In this document: positions 23,740 to 32,000 of the stretch, one piece after another
Layout of the letters: each line of letters starts with the position of its first letter
How positions within the stretch are numbered: position 1 is the first letter of the stretch
Source: Arthrobacter sulfonylureivorans
Lineage (GTDB): Bacteria; Actinomycetota; Actinomycetes; Actinomycetales; Micrococcaceae
Length of the DNA stretch: 32,000 bases
Reading direction: 5' to 3'
Assembly: GCA_004000035.1 (NCBI GenBank)
Contig: RJAE01000001.1
Coordinates: 271,729 to 303,728 of the forward strand
Program-made: the position numbers and the translations under genes
Notes under the pieces: generated by a model
What the model was told of the DNA's origin: nothing
The model's input: the letters and a program-made list of their open reading frames with translations, nothing else
Database searches by the model: none

Positions 23740-25542
23740 ATGTTCGTGGTGGCCACCGCCGGACACGTCGACCACGGTAAGAGCACCCTGGTTCGGGCGC
23801 TCACCGGAATGGAGACCGACCGATGGGCCGAAGAAAGGCGCCGGGGCCTGACCATCGACCTCGGTTTCGCCTGGACGCGGCTGCCGTCGGGCAAGGACGT
23901 GGCATTCGTGGATGTGCCCGGCCACGAGCGGTTCCTCGGAAACATGCTGGCTGGACTTGGACCCGTCCCGGCGGTGTGTTTCGTCGTCGCCGTCGACGAA
24001 GGGTGGCAGGCACAAACCAGCGACCACCGCGACGCCATCGCCGCATTTGGCATCAGTCATGGGGTAGTGGTGCTGACCCGCAGTGACCGCGCGCCGGATC
24101 GGGCCGGCGAGGTTCTTGCGCGGGTGCGCGCCGAGCTGGCCGGCACCGGGCTGCACAACGCACCGGTGGTCACCGTGTCCGCGGTTGCCGGGACCGGAAT
24201 CGATCAATTGCGCCGTGTACTGGACCAGATGCTGGATTCTCTACCGCGTCCCGACCCCACGGCCCGGGTTCGCCTATGGATTGACCGTTCGTTCAGCATC
24301 AGCGGTGCCGGGACAGTGGTCACCGGGACCCTGGCGGCGGGCACCCTGACCCAGGGAGACCGTTTGCGGATGTACGGCCATCGGGACGTCAGGACGGTGT
24401 CTGTGCGGGCTCTGCACAGCCGCAATCAAGCGGTTGCCTCGGTCGGTCCAACCAACCGGGTGGCCGTCAATCTGCGCTCTGGTGTGCCCGCTGATGCCGT
24501 GCACCGTGGCGACGTCCTTCTCTCGGAGGACAGCTGGCCGGTTGTGGACACGATCGATGTGCGCCGGACCATGGGTACGCCGTTCGGCGACGTTCCGCGT
24601 GAACTGATCGCGCATATTGGCACCGCCGCCGCCCCGTGCCGGCTGCGTTCGTTCGACGGCGACCATGCTCGGCTCGCCTTCGATCGGCAACTGCCGCTTG
24701 AGCTCGGGGATCGACTGGTGCTTCGAACAACGGACAGCCGGACGGTGTTGGCGGGGGTGCAAATCCTCGACGTCGACCCGCCGGCCCTCAAACGCCGCGG
24801 CGACAGCGCTAAGCGGGCGCAAAGCCTCGCGGTCATGCCTCCCGATGGAGACGCGCTGATCGAAGTCGCCCGCCGCGGTGCGGTCCGCGTGAGCCAATTG
24901 CGGCGGATGGGTTTTTCGTCCCTCGGAAAGGTCCCCGACCAGGTGCAGGCATTTGGTCACTGGTGGGTACATCAGCCGGTCTTCGAAGCCTGGCAGCGGC
25001 GGCTGCGGCTCTCGGTCGAGGAACTTGCGCAGAAGGACCCGTTGTCGGCCGGCCTGTCCCGCGGCGCCGCCCGGGAGTTGCTGGGCCCGGAAGGCGAAGC
25101 ATTGCTGGACGCGGTGGTGCGGGAGGCGGGTCTGGAGCACGACGGCGGATTCATTCGCCTCCCGGGAACCCGCAGCGACCTCGGCCCGGCAGAGGCGGCA
25201 GTACGCGCGGTGGAGAGCGGCTTGAGCACCCAACCATTCGCCGCGCCGGAGGCCCACGACCTCAAGGATCTGGGACTGGGGGAGCGCGAACTTGCGGCAG
25301 CCCAGCGAAGCGGACGCTTGTTGTGGTTGGCGGGCGGCGTAGTCCTGCTTCCACAGGCACCGGCCATGGCGATGCGCGAATTGGCGCGCCTGCCGCAGCC
25401 CTTCACAACCAGCGAGGCACGCCAAAGCCTGGGCACCACCAGGCGCGTTGCTGTCCCGCTGCTGGAGCACCTTGACGCGCTGGGATGGACCCGGCGCCTC
25501 GACTCCGGCCACAGGACCCTCGTCCGTCCGGCCCAGGGATAG
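23740..25542 (+). CDS. selB: Selenocysteine-specific translation elongation factor
   Basis: Starts MFVVATAGHVDHGKSTLVRALTG (G1). DVPGHERF is G3 and LTRSD is G4. A long C-terminal extension with winged-helix-like repeats ends in the mRNA-binding region. ATG lies 1 nt after the selA stop; the track's upstream starts overlap selA. Confidence 0.92.
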   Translation: MFVVATAGHVDHGKSTLVRALTGMETDRWAEERRRGLTIDLGFAWTRLPSGKDVAFVDVPGHERFLGNMLAGLGPVPAVCFVVAVDEGWQAQTSDHRDAIAAFGISHGVVVLTRSDRAPDRAGEVLARVRAELAGTGLHNAPVVTVSAVAGTGIDQLRRVLDQMLDSLPRPDPTARVRLWIDRSFSISGAGTVVTGTLAAGTLTQGDRLRMYGHRDVRTVSVRALHSRNQAVASVGPTNRVAVNLRSGVPADAVHRGDVLLSEDSWPVVDTIDVRRTMGTPFGDVPRELIAHIGTAAAPCRLRSFDGDHARLAFDRQLPLELGDRLVLRTTDSRTVLAGVQILDVDPPALKRRGDSAKRAQSLAVMPPDGDALIEVARRGAVRVSQLRRMGFSSLGKVPDQVQAFGHWWVHQPVFEAWQRRLRLSVEELAQKDPLSAGLSRGAARELLGPEGEALLDAVVREAGLEHDGGFIRLPGTRSDLGPAEAAVRAVESGLSTQPFAAPEAHDLKDLGLGERELAAAQRSGRLLWLAGGVVLLPQAPAMAMRELARLPQPFTTSEARQSLGTTRRVAVPLLEHLDALGWTRRLDSGHRTLVRPAQG

Positions 25543-25933
25543 GCGGCAGGCCGCCGGTCGAAGGCGTCAGCAGCCGGTGAGTTCAGTTAGCAGCCGATAA
25601 CTAAAGTTTGTCTCAGGCAACTGTCTTCCGGGCCCGGCATTACCAGCCGAAACGCCCTCGTTCCCCGTGTTTCCGGGCTATTTCGGTTGTTGCGTCACGA
25701 TGACGGCCATGTTTCCCGCGGAGACGGGCCGAGGCTTTAAGGTTGCATCTCGGTAACAACCGGATCTGAAGCGAAGTTTTTATACCCAACCCGGGGGGTT
25801 CCGGTTTACGCTCTAATGCGTGTGAGACATGCCACGTTCGGCGGGAAGCTCGTTGAACTTCAGGCGACGGGGTGTATGTCCGTCCTCTGCAGCACTGCCG
25901 GGGACCTTTCAGAGACAGAAACAAGGAGGCGGA

Positions 25934-27739
25934 ATGCGTTTCGGACGTACTTCCAAAGCTATCGGTGTCGCGGCTGTTGCAGCCCTGGCCCTGAGCGCCT
26001 GCGCGACTTCGGGCGGCGGAAATTCCCCCGAAGGCACGGGCGAGTCCACCGCGGCCGCAGCCGGCGGTTCAATCAGCGTCGCTGAGACCAATGCTTTCAG
26101 CTCATTCAACTCGGATTCCGCCACGGGCAACGTCGACATCAACGGCAAAATCGCCTACATGACGCATGGTGGTTTCTACTACGTTGACAATCAGCTCAAG
26201 GTGGTACGGAACGAAGAGTTCGGCACGTACGAGAAGGTCTCGGATGACCCGCTCGTGGTGAAGTACACCGTGAACGAAGGCGCGAAGTGGTCGGACGGCA
26301 ATGCTGTTGACGCCGGAGACCTGCTGCTGAACTGGTTGGTCGAATCGGGCTATGCCAACGACGCCAAGACGGACGAGGAAGGCAACGTCACCAGCGGAAC
26401 GAACTACTTCGACTTCGCCGGCGATACCAGCGGGCTGGGACTGACTGAGATCCCCGAGGTCAGCGATGACGGCCGGTCGATCACCCTGACGTACTCCAAG
26501 CCGTTCGCCGACTGGGAGATCGCTTTCGGCGGACTCAACGACGGCGGCATCGGCCTTCCGGCCCACGTTCTGGCCGAAAAGGCCGGCTTGGCCGATGAGC
26601 AGGCGCTCGTCGACATCATCCAGGGCCTGAAGCGTGGAAACCCCGACGAGCCGGCCAAGGAGAACAAGGACCTGAAGGCCGTCGCCGATTTCTGGAATAC
26701 GGGCTTCGATACGAAATCGCTGCCGACCGATGAGTCGCTATACCTTTCCAGCGGACCGTTCGTCGTTGACTCGATCACTCCGGATCAGTCGATCACCCTG
26801 GTTCGCAACGAGTCCTACACCTTCGGGCCGAAGCCGGCAGTTGATGAAGTGACCATCCGCTTCATCGGTGCCGCCCCGGACCAGGTCAGCGCCCTGAAGA
26901 ACGGCGAGGTGGACATCATCGCCCCGCAGCCTTCGGCAGACACCGTCGAACTGCTGCAAGGCATCGAGGGCGTCACCGTGGACGTCGAGGACCAGCTCGC
27001 CTACGACCACATCGACCTCAACTACAAGGGTGTGTTCAAGGAAGCGAACGTCCGCGAGGCCTTCATGAAGGCCATTCCCCGCCAGGCCATTGTTGACCGG
27101 ATCGTGAAGCCGCTCAAGGCCGACGCCGCACCGCTGGATTCGCAGTTCTTCGTGCCGGCCCAGGATGCGTACGAGGCCTCCGCTGCCAGCAACGGCTCCG
27201 GGGACTACAAGGAAGCGGACATCGAGGGTGCCAAGGAGCTCCTTGCAGGCGCCACTCCGGAAGTCCGGATCATGTACAACAAGGACAACCCCAACCGTGC
27301 CGACGCCTATGCGCTGATCCAGGAGTCCGCTGAGAAGGCAGGCTTCAAGATTGTCGACGGCGGCCTGGGTGCCTCCGACTGGGGTGCTGCGCTGGGCAAC
27401 GGAACCTACGACGCGACGATCTTCGGCTGGACCTCGCCTGGTGTGGGTGTCTCCGGCGTTCCGCAGATCTTCAAGACCGATGCCGGCTCCAACTTCAACG
27501 GCTTCTCGGAACCGGCAGCCGACAAGCTGATGGACGAGTTGATCGTGACCACCGACTCGGTGGAACAGGACAAGCTCGTCACGCAGATCGACAAGCATGT
27601 CTGGGATTCCTTCTACGGGCTCCCGCTGTTCCAGTCCGTGGGCCTTGATGCTTACAACAGCGACCGCATCGAGGGCGTGAAATACCAGCCGAACCAGACA
27701 GGCGTCTTCTGGAACTTCTGGGAGTGGAAGGTTAAGTAA
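25934..27739 (+). CDS. ABC transporter substrate-binding lipoprotein, family 5 (peptide/nickel, DppA/OppA-like)
   Basis: AAGGAGG lies 5 nt upstream of the ATG at 25934. Signal peptide with lipobox LALSAC. The body is typical of SBP_bac_5 (e.g. KWSDGNAVDAGDLL, ITLVRNESY). The track's 25829 start is an upstream read-through. Confidence 0.9.
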   Translation: MRFGRTSKAIGVAAVAALALSACATSGGGNSPEGTGESTAAAAGGSISVAETNAFSSFNSDSATGNVDINGKIAYMTHGGFYYVDNQLKVVRNEEFGTYEKVSDDPLVVKYTVNEGAKWSDGNAVDAGDLLLNWLVESGYANDAKTDEEGNVTSGTNYFDFAGDTSGLGLTEIPEVSDDGRSITLTYSKPFADWEIAFGGLNDGGIGLPAHVLAEKAGLADEQALVDIIQGLKRGNPDEPAKENKDLKAVADFWNTGFDTKSLPTDESLYLSSGPFVVDSITPDQSITLVRNESYTFGPKPAVDEVTIRFIGAAPDQVSALKNGEVDIIAPQPSADTVELLQGIEGVTVDVEDQLAYDHIDLNYKGVFKEANVREAFMKAIPRQAIVDRIVKPLKADAAPLDSQFFVPAQDAYEASAASNGSGDYKEADIEGAKELLAGATPEVRIMYNKDNPNRADAYALIQESAEKAGFKIVDGGLGASDWGAALGNGTYDATIFGWTSPGVGVSGVPQIFKTDAGSNFNGFSEPAADKLMDELIVTTDSVEQDKLVTQIDKHVWDSFYGLPLFQSVGLDAYNSDRIEGVKYQPNQTGVFWNFWEWKVK

Positions 27740-27768
27740 CCTTCAAGCCTGATCCTAGGCAAAAGCAT

Positions 27769-27818
27769 GCAAGGCGTCGGGACCCTGAATACCTCGGTCC
27801 CGACGTCTTGCAGCTTTT
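27769..27818 (+). terminator. Strong stem-loop with short T-tract after the binding-protein gene (intrinsic terminator/attenuator or mRNA stabiliser)
   Basis: GCAAGGCGTCGGGACC (27769-27784) pairs with GGTCCCGACGTCTTGC (27796-27811). That is 16 bp including one G-U pair, with an 11-nt loop, followed by AGCTTTTAT. Confidence 0.6.
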
Positions 27819-27948
27819 ATGATCCATTTCCTGCCACAAGTCGTTGGGTTTCCCAATAGTCGTCAGCCTGCGACTGCATTACGCTCATTTGTGACACCGA
27901 GGGATCCACAAGACTTCCAGAACCACATCAGCGAGGTTGAAAAACGCT

Positions 27949-29490
27949 ATGGTGACCTACATTGTGCGGCGGCTTTTTACTGCCGTGCTTATTCTCCTGG
28001 GTGCCTCCTTCCTGGTCTACCAATTGACAGCCCTGTCAGGTGACCCCCTCCATGACCTGCGCGAAAGCAATTCACCCAACAAAGAGCAGCTGATCCAACA
28101 GCGGATCGCGTTGCTGGACCTCGGCACGCCGGCCCCGATCCGGTACTTCGGCTGGCTGGCCGGCGCGGCCAAGTGCGTCGTTCCCTTCGTCGGACAGTGC
28201 GATTTGGGTTATGCGCTGAACGGCCAACCGGTCACCGAGGCCCTGGGCCGGGCCATGGGAATGACGATTCTGCTGGTGACAGCTTCGGCTGTGCTCGCCA
28301 TCGTCATCGGCGTTTCGCTCGGCATCGTCACGGCACTGCGCCAATACAGCGGGCTGGACTACGGCGTGACCTTCATGGCGTTCCTCTTCTTTTCGCTTCC
28401 GGTGTTCTGGGTCGCTGTGCTGCTGAAGGAATTCGGCGCCATCGGCTTCAACAATTTCCTCAGGGATCCGCATATTCCGGTTTCATCGATTCTGATCATT
28501 GGAGTCGTCAGTGCCGCGGTGTGGTTCGTCTGTGCCAAGGGAAGCTACCTGAGGAAACTGGGTAGCGCAGGCATAGGCTTCCTGCTGGCCGCCGCGGTGA
28601 TGTGGGGGCTGTCCGTGACCCAGTGGTTCAAGACACCGGGGCTCGGCTTGGTCGTCATCGTTATCTGCGGCGTAGCGATCGCCTTCGGCATTACCTTGCT
28701 GGCCGCCGGCCTGAAGAACCGCAGGGCCCTTTACGCTGCGCTGATCACCGTGGGCATCGGCACCGTCATTTACTTCCCCATCCAAGAACTCCTGGCGCAG
28801 GCCACTGGGCTGATGATCTTCTTGCTGGCCCTGGCCACCGTCTTGGTCGGACTGGCTGTCGGCTGGCTGATGGGCGGCTACGACCGCCGCCAGAACATGA
28901 ACGCCGCAGCGATGACCGCGTTCCTGGTCGGCGGCCTCATCCTGCTGGACCGGTATATGCAGGCCTGGCCCGCGTACTTCAACAACGGCAGAATCAACGG
29001 CCGGCCCATTGCCACCATCGGCTCCGAGACGCCGAATCTGCAGGGAGACTTCTGGGTCCATGGGCTGGATACCTTCACCCACCTGCTGCTGCCGACCGTG
29101 GCACTGCTGCTGATCTCGTTGGCGTCCTACAGCCGCTACGCACGCTCCTCCATGCTGGAAATCATGAACATGGACTATATCCGCACCGCGAGGGCCAAGG
29201 GCTTGAACGAGAGGACCGTGGTCATGCGCCACGCCTTCCGCAACGCGCTGATCCCGATCGCCACGATCGTCGCTTTCGACATCGGCGCTTTGATTGGCGG
29301 TGCCGTGATTACCGAGCAGGTGTTCGCGTTTGCCGGCATGGGCCAACTATTCGTCCAGGCCTTGGATCGGACCGATCCCAATCCGGTGATGGGAGTCTTC
29401 CTGATCACCGGCGTTCTGGCTTTGGCTTTCAACCTAGTCGCGGACCTGGTTTACTCCGCGCTTGATCCGCGAGTGAGGGTAAAGGCATGA
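27949..29490 (+). CDS. ABC transporter permease, DppB/OppB-like, with a large internal multi-TM insertion
   Basis: N-terminus MVTYIVRRLFTAVLILLGASFLVYQL. EAA-region MDYIRTARAKGLNERTVVMRHAFRNALIP. C-terminus LVADLVYSALDPRVR. About 513 aa versus roughly 310-340 for typical family members. The TTG at 27937 is an alternative start. Confidence 0.9.
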   Translation: MVTYIVRRLFTAVLILLGASFLVYQLTALSGDPLHDLRESNSPNKEQLIQQRIALLDLGTPAPIRYFGWLAGAAKCVVPFVGQCDLGYALNGQPVTEALGRAMGMTILLVTASAVLAIVIGVSLGIVTALRQYSGLDYGVTFMAFLFFSLPVFWVAVLLKEFGAIGFNNFLRDPHIPVSSILIIGVVSAAVWFVCAKGSYLRKLGSAGIGFLLAAAVMWGLSVTQWFKTPGLGLVVIVICGVAIAFGITLLAAGLKNRRALYAALITVGIGTVIYFPIQELLAQATGLMIFLLALATVLVGLAVGWLMGGYDRRQNMNAAAMTAFLVGGLILLDRYMQAWPAYFNNGRINGRPIATIGSETPNLQGDFWVHGLDTFTHLLLPTVALLLISLASYSRYARSSMLEIMNMDYIRTARAKGLNERTVVMRHAFRNALIPIATIVAFDIGALIGGAVITEQVFAFAGMGQLFVQALDRTDPNPVMGVFLITGVLALAFNLVADLVYSALDPRVRVKA

Positions 29491-30515
29491 GCACTACGTC
29501 AACGAAGCCTGTAGCCGCAACCGACGAGAACAAAGAGGGCCTGAGCCAGGGCCAGATTGTCCGCCGGCGCTTCCTCGGTAATACCGCCGCCGTGATCAGC
29601 TTGGTGGTTTTCGCCTTGATCCTGCTGATCGCCTATTCATCGAGCGGAATGTTCGGCCTGCCGGGCTGGTGGAAGTACACGCACAACGGGGTCAACGACC
29701 TGGTCAATGGCGGCCGACCCACGCTGCAGCTTTTCCCCTTGAGCCTCGGCGAGCACCCGTTCGGCCAGGACCGGTTGGGCCGCGACACCTTTGCCCAGAC
29801 CATGCGCGGTGTCCAGATCTCGGTCGCCGTCATGTTCCTCATCGGCCTGGTAGGCGGGACCATCGGCGTCGTGGTAGGGGCATTGTCGGGCTACTTCCGC
29901 GGCTGGATTGAAGCCGTGCTGATGCGGCTGACCGACGTTGTCATCGTGATCCCGCTGATCATCATCGCGGCCGTGATGGGTCAGGTGGCTGGTCGCGCCG
30001 TAGGCGCCGACGTTCAGCCATACTTCCTGGGCCTGTTCGTGGGCGCCGTCGTTTGGACCGGGCTGGCCCGTCTGGTGCGCGCCGAATTCCTGTCCCTGCG
30101 TGAGCGGGAATTCGTCGACGCTGCACGGATCGCCGGCGCATCCAGTGCGCGCATCATCTTCAAGCACATCCTGCCGAACGCCGTCGGCGTCATCATCGTC
30201 TCGGTAACCCTGAGCATGTCTGCGGCGATCCTGCTGGAGACCAGCCTGTCCTACATCGGGATGGGGGTTAAGGCGCCGGACGTGTCGCTGGGCTTGCTGA
30301 TCAGCCAGAACCAGGAAGCGTTCCAAACCCGTCCCTGGCTGTTTTGGTGGCCGGGTATGTTCATCGTGGCCATTTGCCTGTGCATCAACTTCATCGGCGA
30401 CGGGCTGCGCGACGCCTTCGACCCCCGGCAAAAGAAGTTCAATGCCAAGAGAGCGAAGGCGGCTGCGGTTTCCGCGCACTCCGAGACCGGAACCACTTCG
30501 ACGACGGGCGTCTAA
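29487..30515 (+). CDS. ABC transporter permease, DppC/OppC-like
   Basis: ATGA overlap with the upstream gene. Family segments include HPFGQDRLGRDTFAQ and REFVDAARIAGASSARIIFKHILPN (EAA motif), plus CINFIGDGLRDAFDPR. Confidence 0.92.
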   Translation: MSTTSTKPVAATDENKEGLSQGQIVRRRFLGNTAAVISLVVFALILLIAYSSSGMFGLPGWWKYTHNGVNDLVNGGRPTLQLFPLSLGEHPFGQDRLGRDTFAQTMRGVQISVAVMFLIGLVGGTIGVVVGALSGYFRGWIEAVLMRLTDVVIVIPLIIIAAVMGQVAGRAVGADVQPYFLGLFVGAVVWTGLARLVRAEFLSLREREFVDAARIAGASSARIIFKHILPNAVGVIIVSVTLSMSAAILLETSLSYIGMGVKAPDVSLGLLISQNQEAFQTRPWLFWWPGMFIVAICLCINFIGDGLRDAFDPRQKKFNAKRAKAAAVSAHSETGTTSTTGV

Positions 30516-30555
30516 GATGCGCGCCCGATGCCTTCCCGGCCAGACGCGGTCCCGC

Positions 30556-31179
30556 TCAGCGGGCCAGCGTCACGAGGCTGAGCACTACCAGCACGGCTCC
30601 TGCGACGAGCACGGCCCAATTGGGAGTCCGGCCCACCGGGACGCCGTCCGCGTCGCCGATGCTGATCCTGTCCGCGGCCAGGAGTTCCGCCCAGCGCTTC
30701 CGGACGTAGTAGGCCGCCGCCCCCGAATCGGAATTTGCGAGATCGCCGGGACGGATCGACTGCGCCGGCCCGTACGTGGTCTCCGGCAGACCCTGGACAT
30801 GATCGGTGCGAGCGCGGTGGACGCCAAACATCCCGGGAGCGGGAGCGGCCCACGCGCTGTACTTCCCGCGCGGGGTAACCAGGGTCAGCGCGTACTTGGT
30901 GTCCACCGTTACCAAGGCGTTCCAGGGCACGGAGATTGTCCGGACTGGGTTGCGCAGCACCACCCCGTCTTCGCCGATCACGACGGCGGGGTACCAGGCC
31001 AGCCACCACGTCACGTAAGCGACGGTCAGCAGCGGCCAGGAGCCGAGCAGGCTGTCCGGCCCGTGGGTCAGCACCGAGGACACCAAGCTGACCGCCACGA
31101 TCGCCCAGACCACGCCGGTGAACCAGATCGCGGAGCGCGGACGGAAGACCGTGGAGCTGGCAGCAGCAGACGTTGTCAT
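30556..31179 (-). CDS. Membrane protein with bacterial PH-like domain (YdbS/Cfp6-like)
   Basis: Two N-terminal TM helices are followed by VVIGEDGVVLRNPVRTISVPWNALVTVDTKYALTLVTPRGKYSAWAAP, the pattern of bPH domains. There is a C-terminal TM helix. Assignment is by eye only. Confidence 0.65.
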   Translation of the reverse strand: MTTSAAASSTVFRPRSAIWFTGVVWAIVAVSLVSSVLTHGPDSLLGSWPLLTVAYVTWWLAWYPAVVIGEDGVVLRNPVRTISVPWNALVTVDTKYALTLVTPRGKYSAWAAPAPGMFGVHRARTDHVQGLPETTYGPAQSIRPGDLANSDSGAAAYYVRKRWAELLAADRISIGDADGVPVGRTPNWAVLVAGAVLVVLSLVTLAR

Positions 31180-31259
31180 GCCCCCATAGTTTCAGGACTG
31201 GCCACCAGTTCTCCACTAGCATCAACCAACTGCGACAGGTTGGAAGGGAAAGACCAGCT

Positions 31260-32000
31260 ATGACCGAAATCATTGATCCGACGCTGCCGGTAGGAAGCGT
31301 GGAGACGGCTCGCGGTTCAGCCCCCGTCCTGGAGGTCACCAACCTCAGCGTGGACTTCGGCGTGGACAAGGAATGGGTGCCGGCCGCGATCAACCTCACC
31401 TACGACGTCAAGGCAGGCGAGGTCCTCGCCATCGTGGGCGAATCCGGTTCCGGCAAGAGCGCCAGTTCCATGGCGTTGCTGGGCCTGTTGCCGTCCAACA
31501 GCCGCGCCACGGGGAGCGTGAAGCTCAACGGACGCGAGATCCTGGGACTGAGCAGCTCCAGGCTCCGGCAAGTCCGCGGCAACGACGTCGCCGTGATTTT
31601 CCAGGAACCGATGACGGCGATGAACCCCGTGTACACGATCGGGTTCCAGATTGTGGAAACGCTGCGGCTGCACAACGCCATCTCGCCGGAGGAAGCCAAG
31701 CAGCGGGCGCTGCGGATGCTGGAGCTGGTCGAGCTGCCCGACCCGGAGAAGGCCTTCCGGTCCTACCCGCACCAGCTTTCCGGCGGCCAGCGGCAGCGCG
31801 CCATGATCGCCCAGTCGCTCTCCTGCGATCCCAAACTGCTGATCGCCGATGAACCCACCACCGCCTTGGACGTCACCGTACAGGCCGAGATCCTGGACCT
31901 GATGCGCAACCTGCGCAACAAGCTGGACAGTGCGATTGTATTAATCACGCACGACATGGGCGTGGTGGCCGACTTGGCGGACAAGATCGCCGTCATGCGC
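31260..32000 (+). CDS. ABC transporter ATP-binding protein, DppD/OppD-like (3' end outside window)
   Basis: Not in the ORF track because it runs off the window. ATG at 31260, Walker A GESGSGKS, signature LSGGQRQR, Walker B LLIADEPTTALD, H-loop ITHDMG. Confidence 0.92.
   Translation, partial: MTEIIDPTLPVGSVETARGSAPVLEVTNLSVDFGVDKEWVPAAINLTYDVKAGEVLAIVGESGSGKSASSMALLGLLPSNSRATGSVKLNGREILGLSSSRLRQVRGNDVAVIFQEPMTAMNPVYTIGFQIVETLRLHNAISPEEAKQRALRMLELVELPDPEKAFRSYPHQLSGGQRQRAMIAQSLSCDPKLLIADEPTTALDVTVQAEILDLMRNLRNKLDSAIVLITHDMGVVADLADKIAVMR

Noticed and set aside
25540-25556. Terminator after selB (GGCGG-CAGG-CCGCC overlapping the stop codon)
   Set aside because: Only a 5-bp stem with no following T-tract, which is too weak to call.
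25700-25756. 18-codon upstream ORF (MTAMFPAETGRGFKVASR) in the long intergenic region
   Set aside because: No RBS, no notable codon content (no runs suggestive of attenuation), and it can easily arise by chance.
25760-25933. c-di-AMP (ydaO-type) riboswitch in the leader of the peptide ABC transporter
   Set aside because: ACGCTCTAATGCG, GACGGGGTG and GCCGGGGACC loosely resemble ydaO fragments. The order is wrong, and the conserved 3' CAGCUAACCUCGUAAGCG-like element is missing.
1-32000. CRISPR arrays, IS elements, prophage or defence-system genes
   Set aside because: No regularly spaced repeats, terminal inverted repeats, or transposase, integrase, nuclease or methylase-like translations were seen in any frame. 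The window reads as core or accessory metabolism.

Overview
High-GC, actinobacterial-looking chromosomal window (Micrococcales-like by eye, not verifiable here). It is densely coded, and I saw no transposase, integrase, CRISPR array or rRNA. There are four blocks. (1) 1-9.7 kb is a group 1h/5 'actinobacterial, high-affinity' [NiFe]-hydrogenase locus. It holds a hypA fragment, hypB, a Tat-less small subunit, the large subunit and a NifU-domain HhyE-like gene. These are followed by a chain of translationally coupled ORFs of unknown function, including a 39-aa membrane peptide missing from the ORF track, then the maturation endopeptidase, hypC and two further orphan genes. (2) 10-15.6 kb holds a FecBCD-type ABC importer with a Tat-lipoprotein binding protein, an APC amino-acid permease and an SPFH/stomatin protein. 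(3) 15.8-25.5 kb holds a selenocysteine-containing membrane-bound formate dehydrogenase. Its fdhA is read through an in-frame TGA at 16393-16395, with a SECIS-like hairpin 11 nt downstream. fdhB and a NrfD-type anchor follow, then the complete Sec-decoding set: selD, tRNA-Sec (selC), selA and selB. (4) 25.9-32 kb holds a family-5 (peptide/nickel type) ABC importer. It has a strong hairpin after the binding-protein gene, a DppB-like permease carrying an inserted block of about 6 TM helices, and an opposite-strand PH-domain membrane gene splitting the permeases from the ATPase. The best candidate for undescribed biology is the uncharacterised, tightly coupled gene set inside the hydrogenase operon (3887-7694) plus the HypC-like-tailed orphan at 8954-9727. 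The Sec-dependent FDH, with its remnant Tat motif and NrfD anchor, comes second. All calls come from reading the translations and sequence by eye; no database search was possible. Many long antisense or off-frame ORFs in the track are high-GC artefacts.
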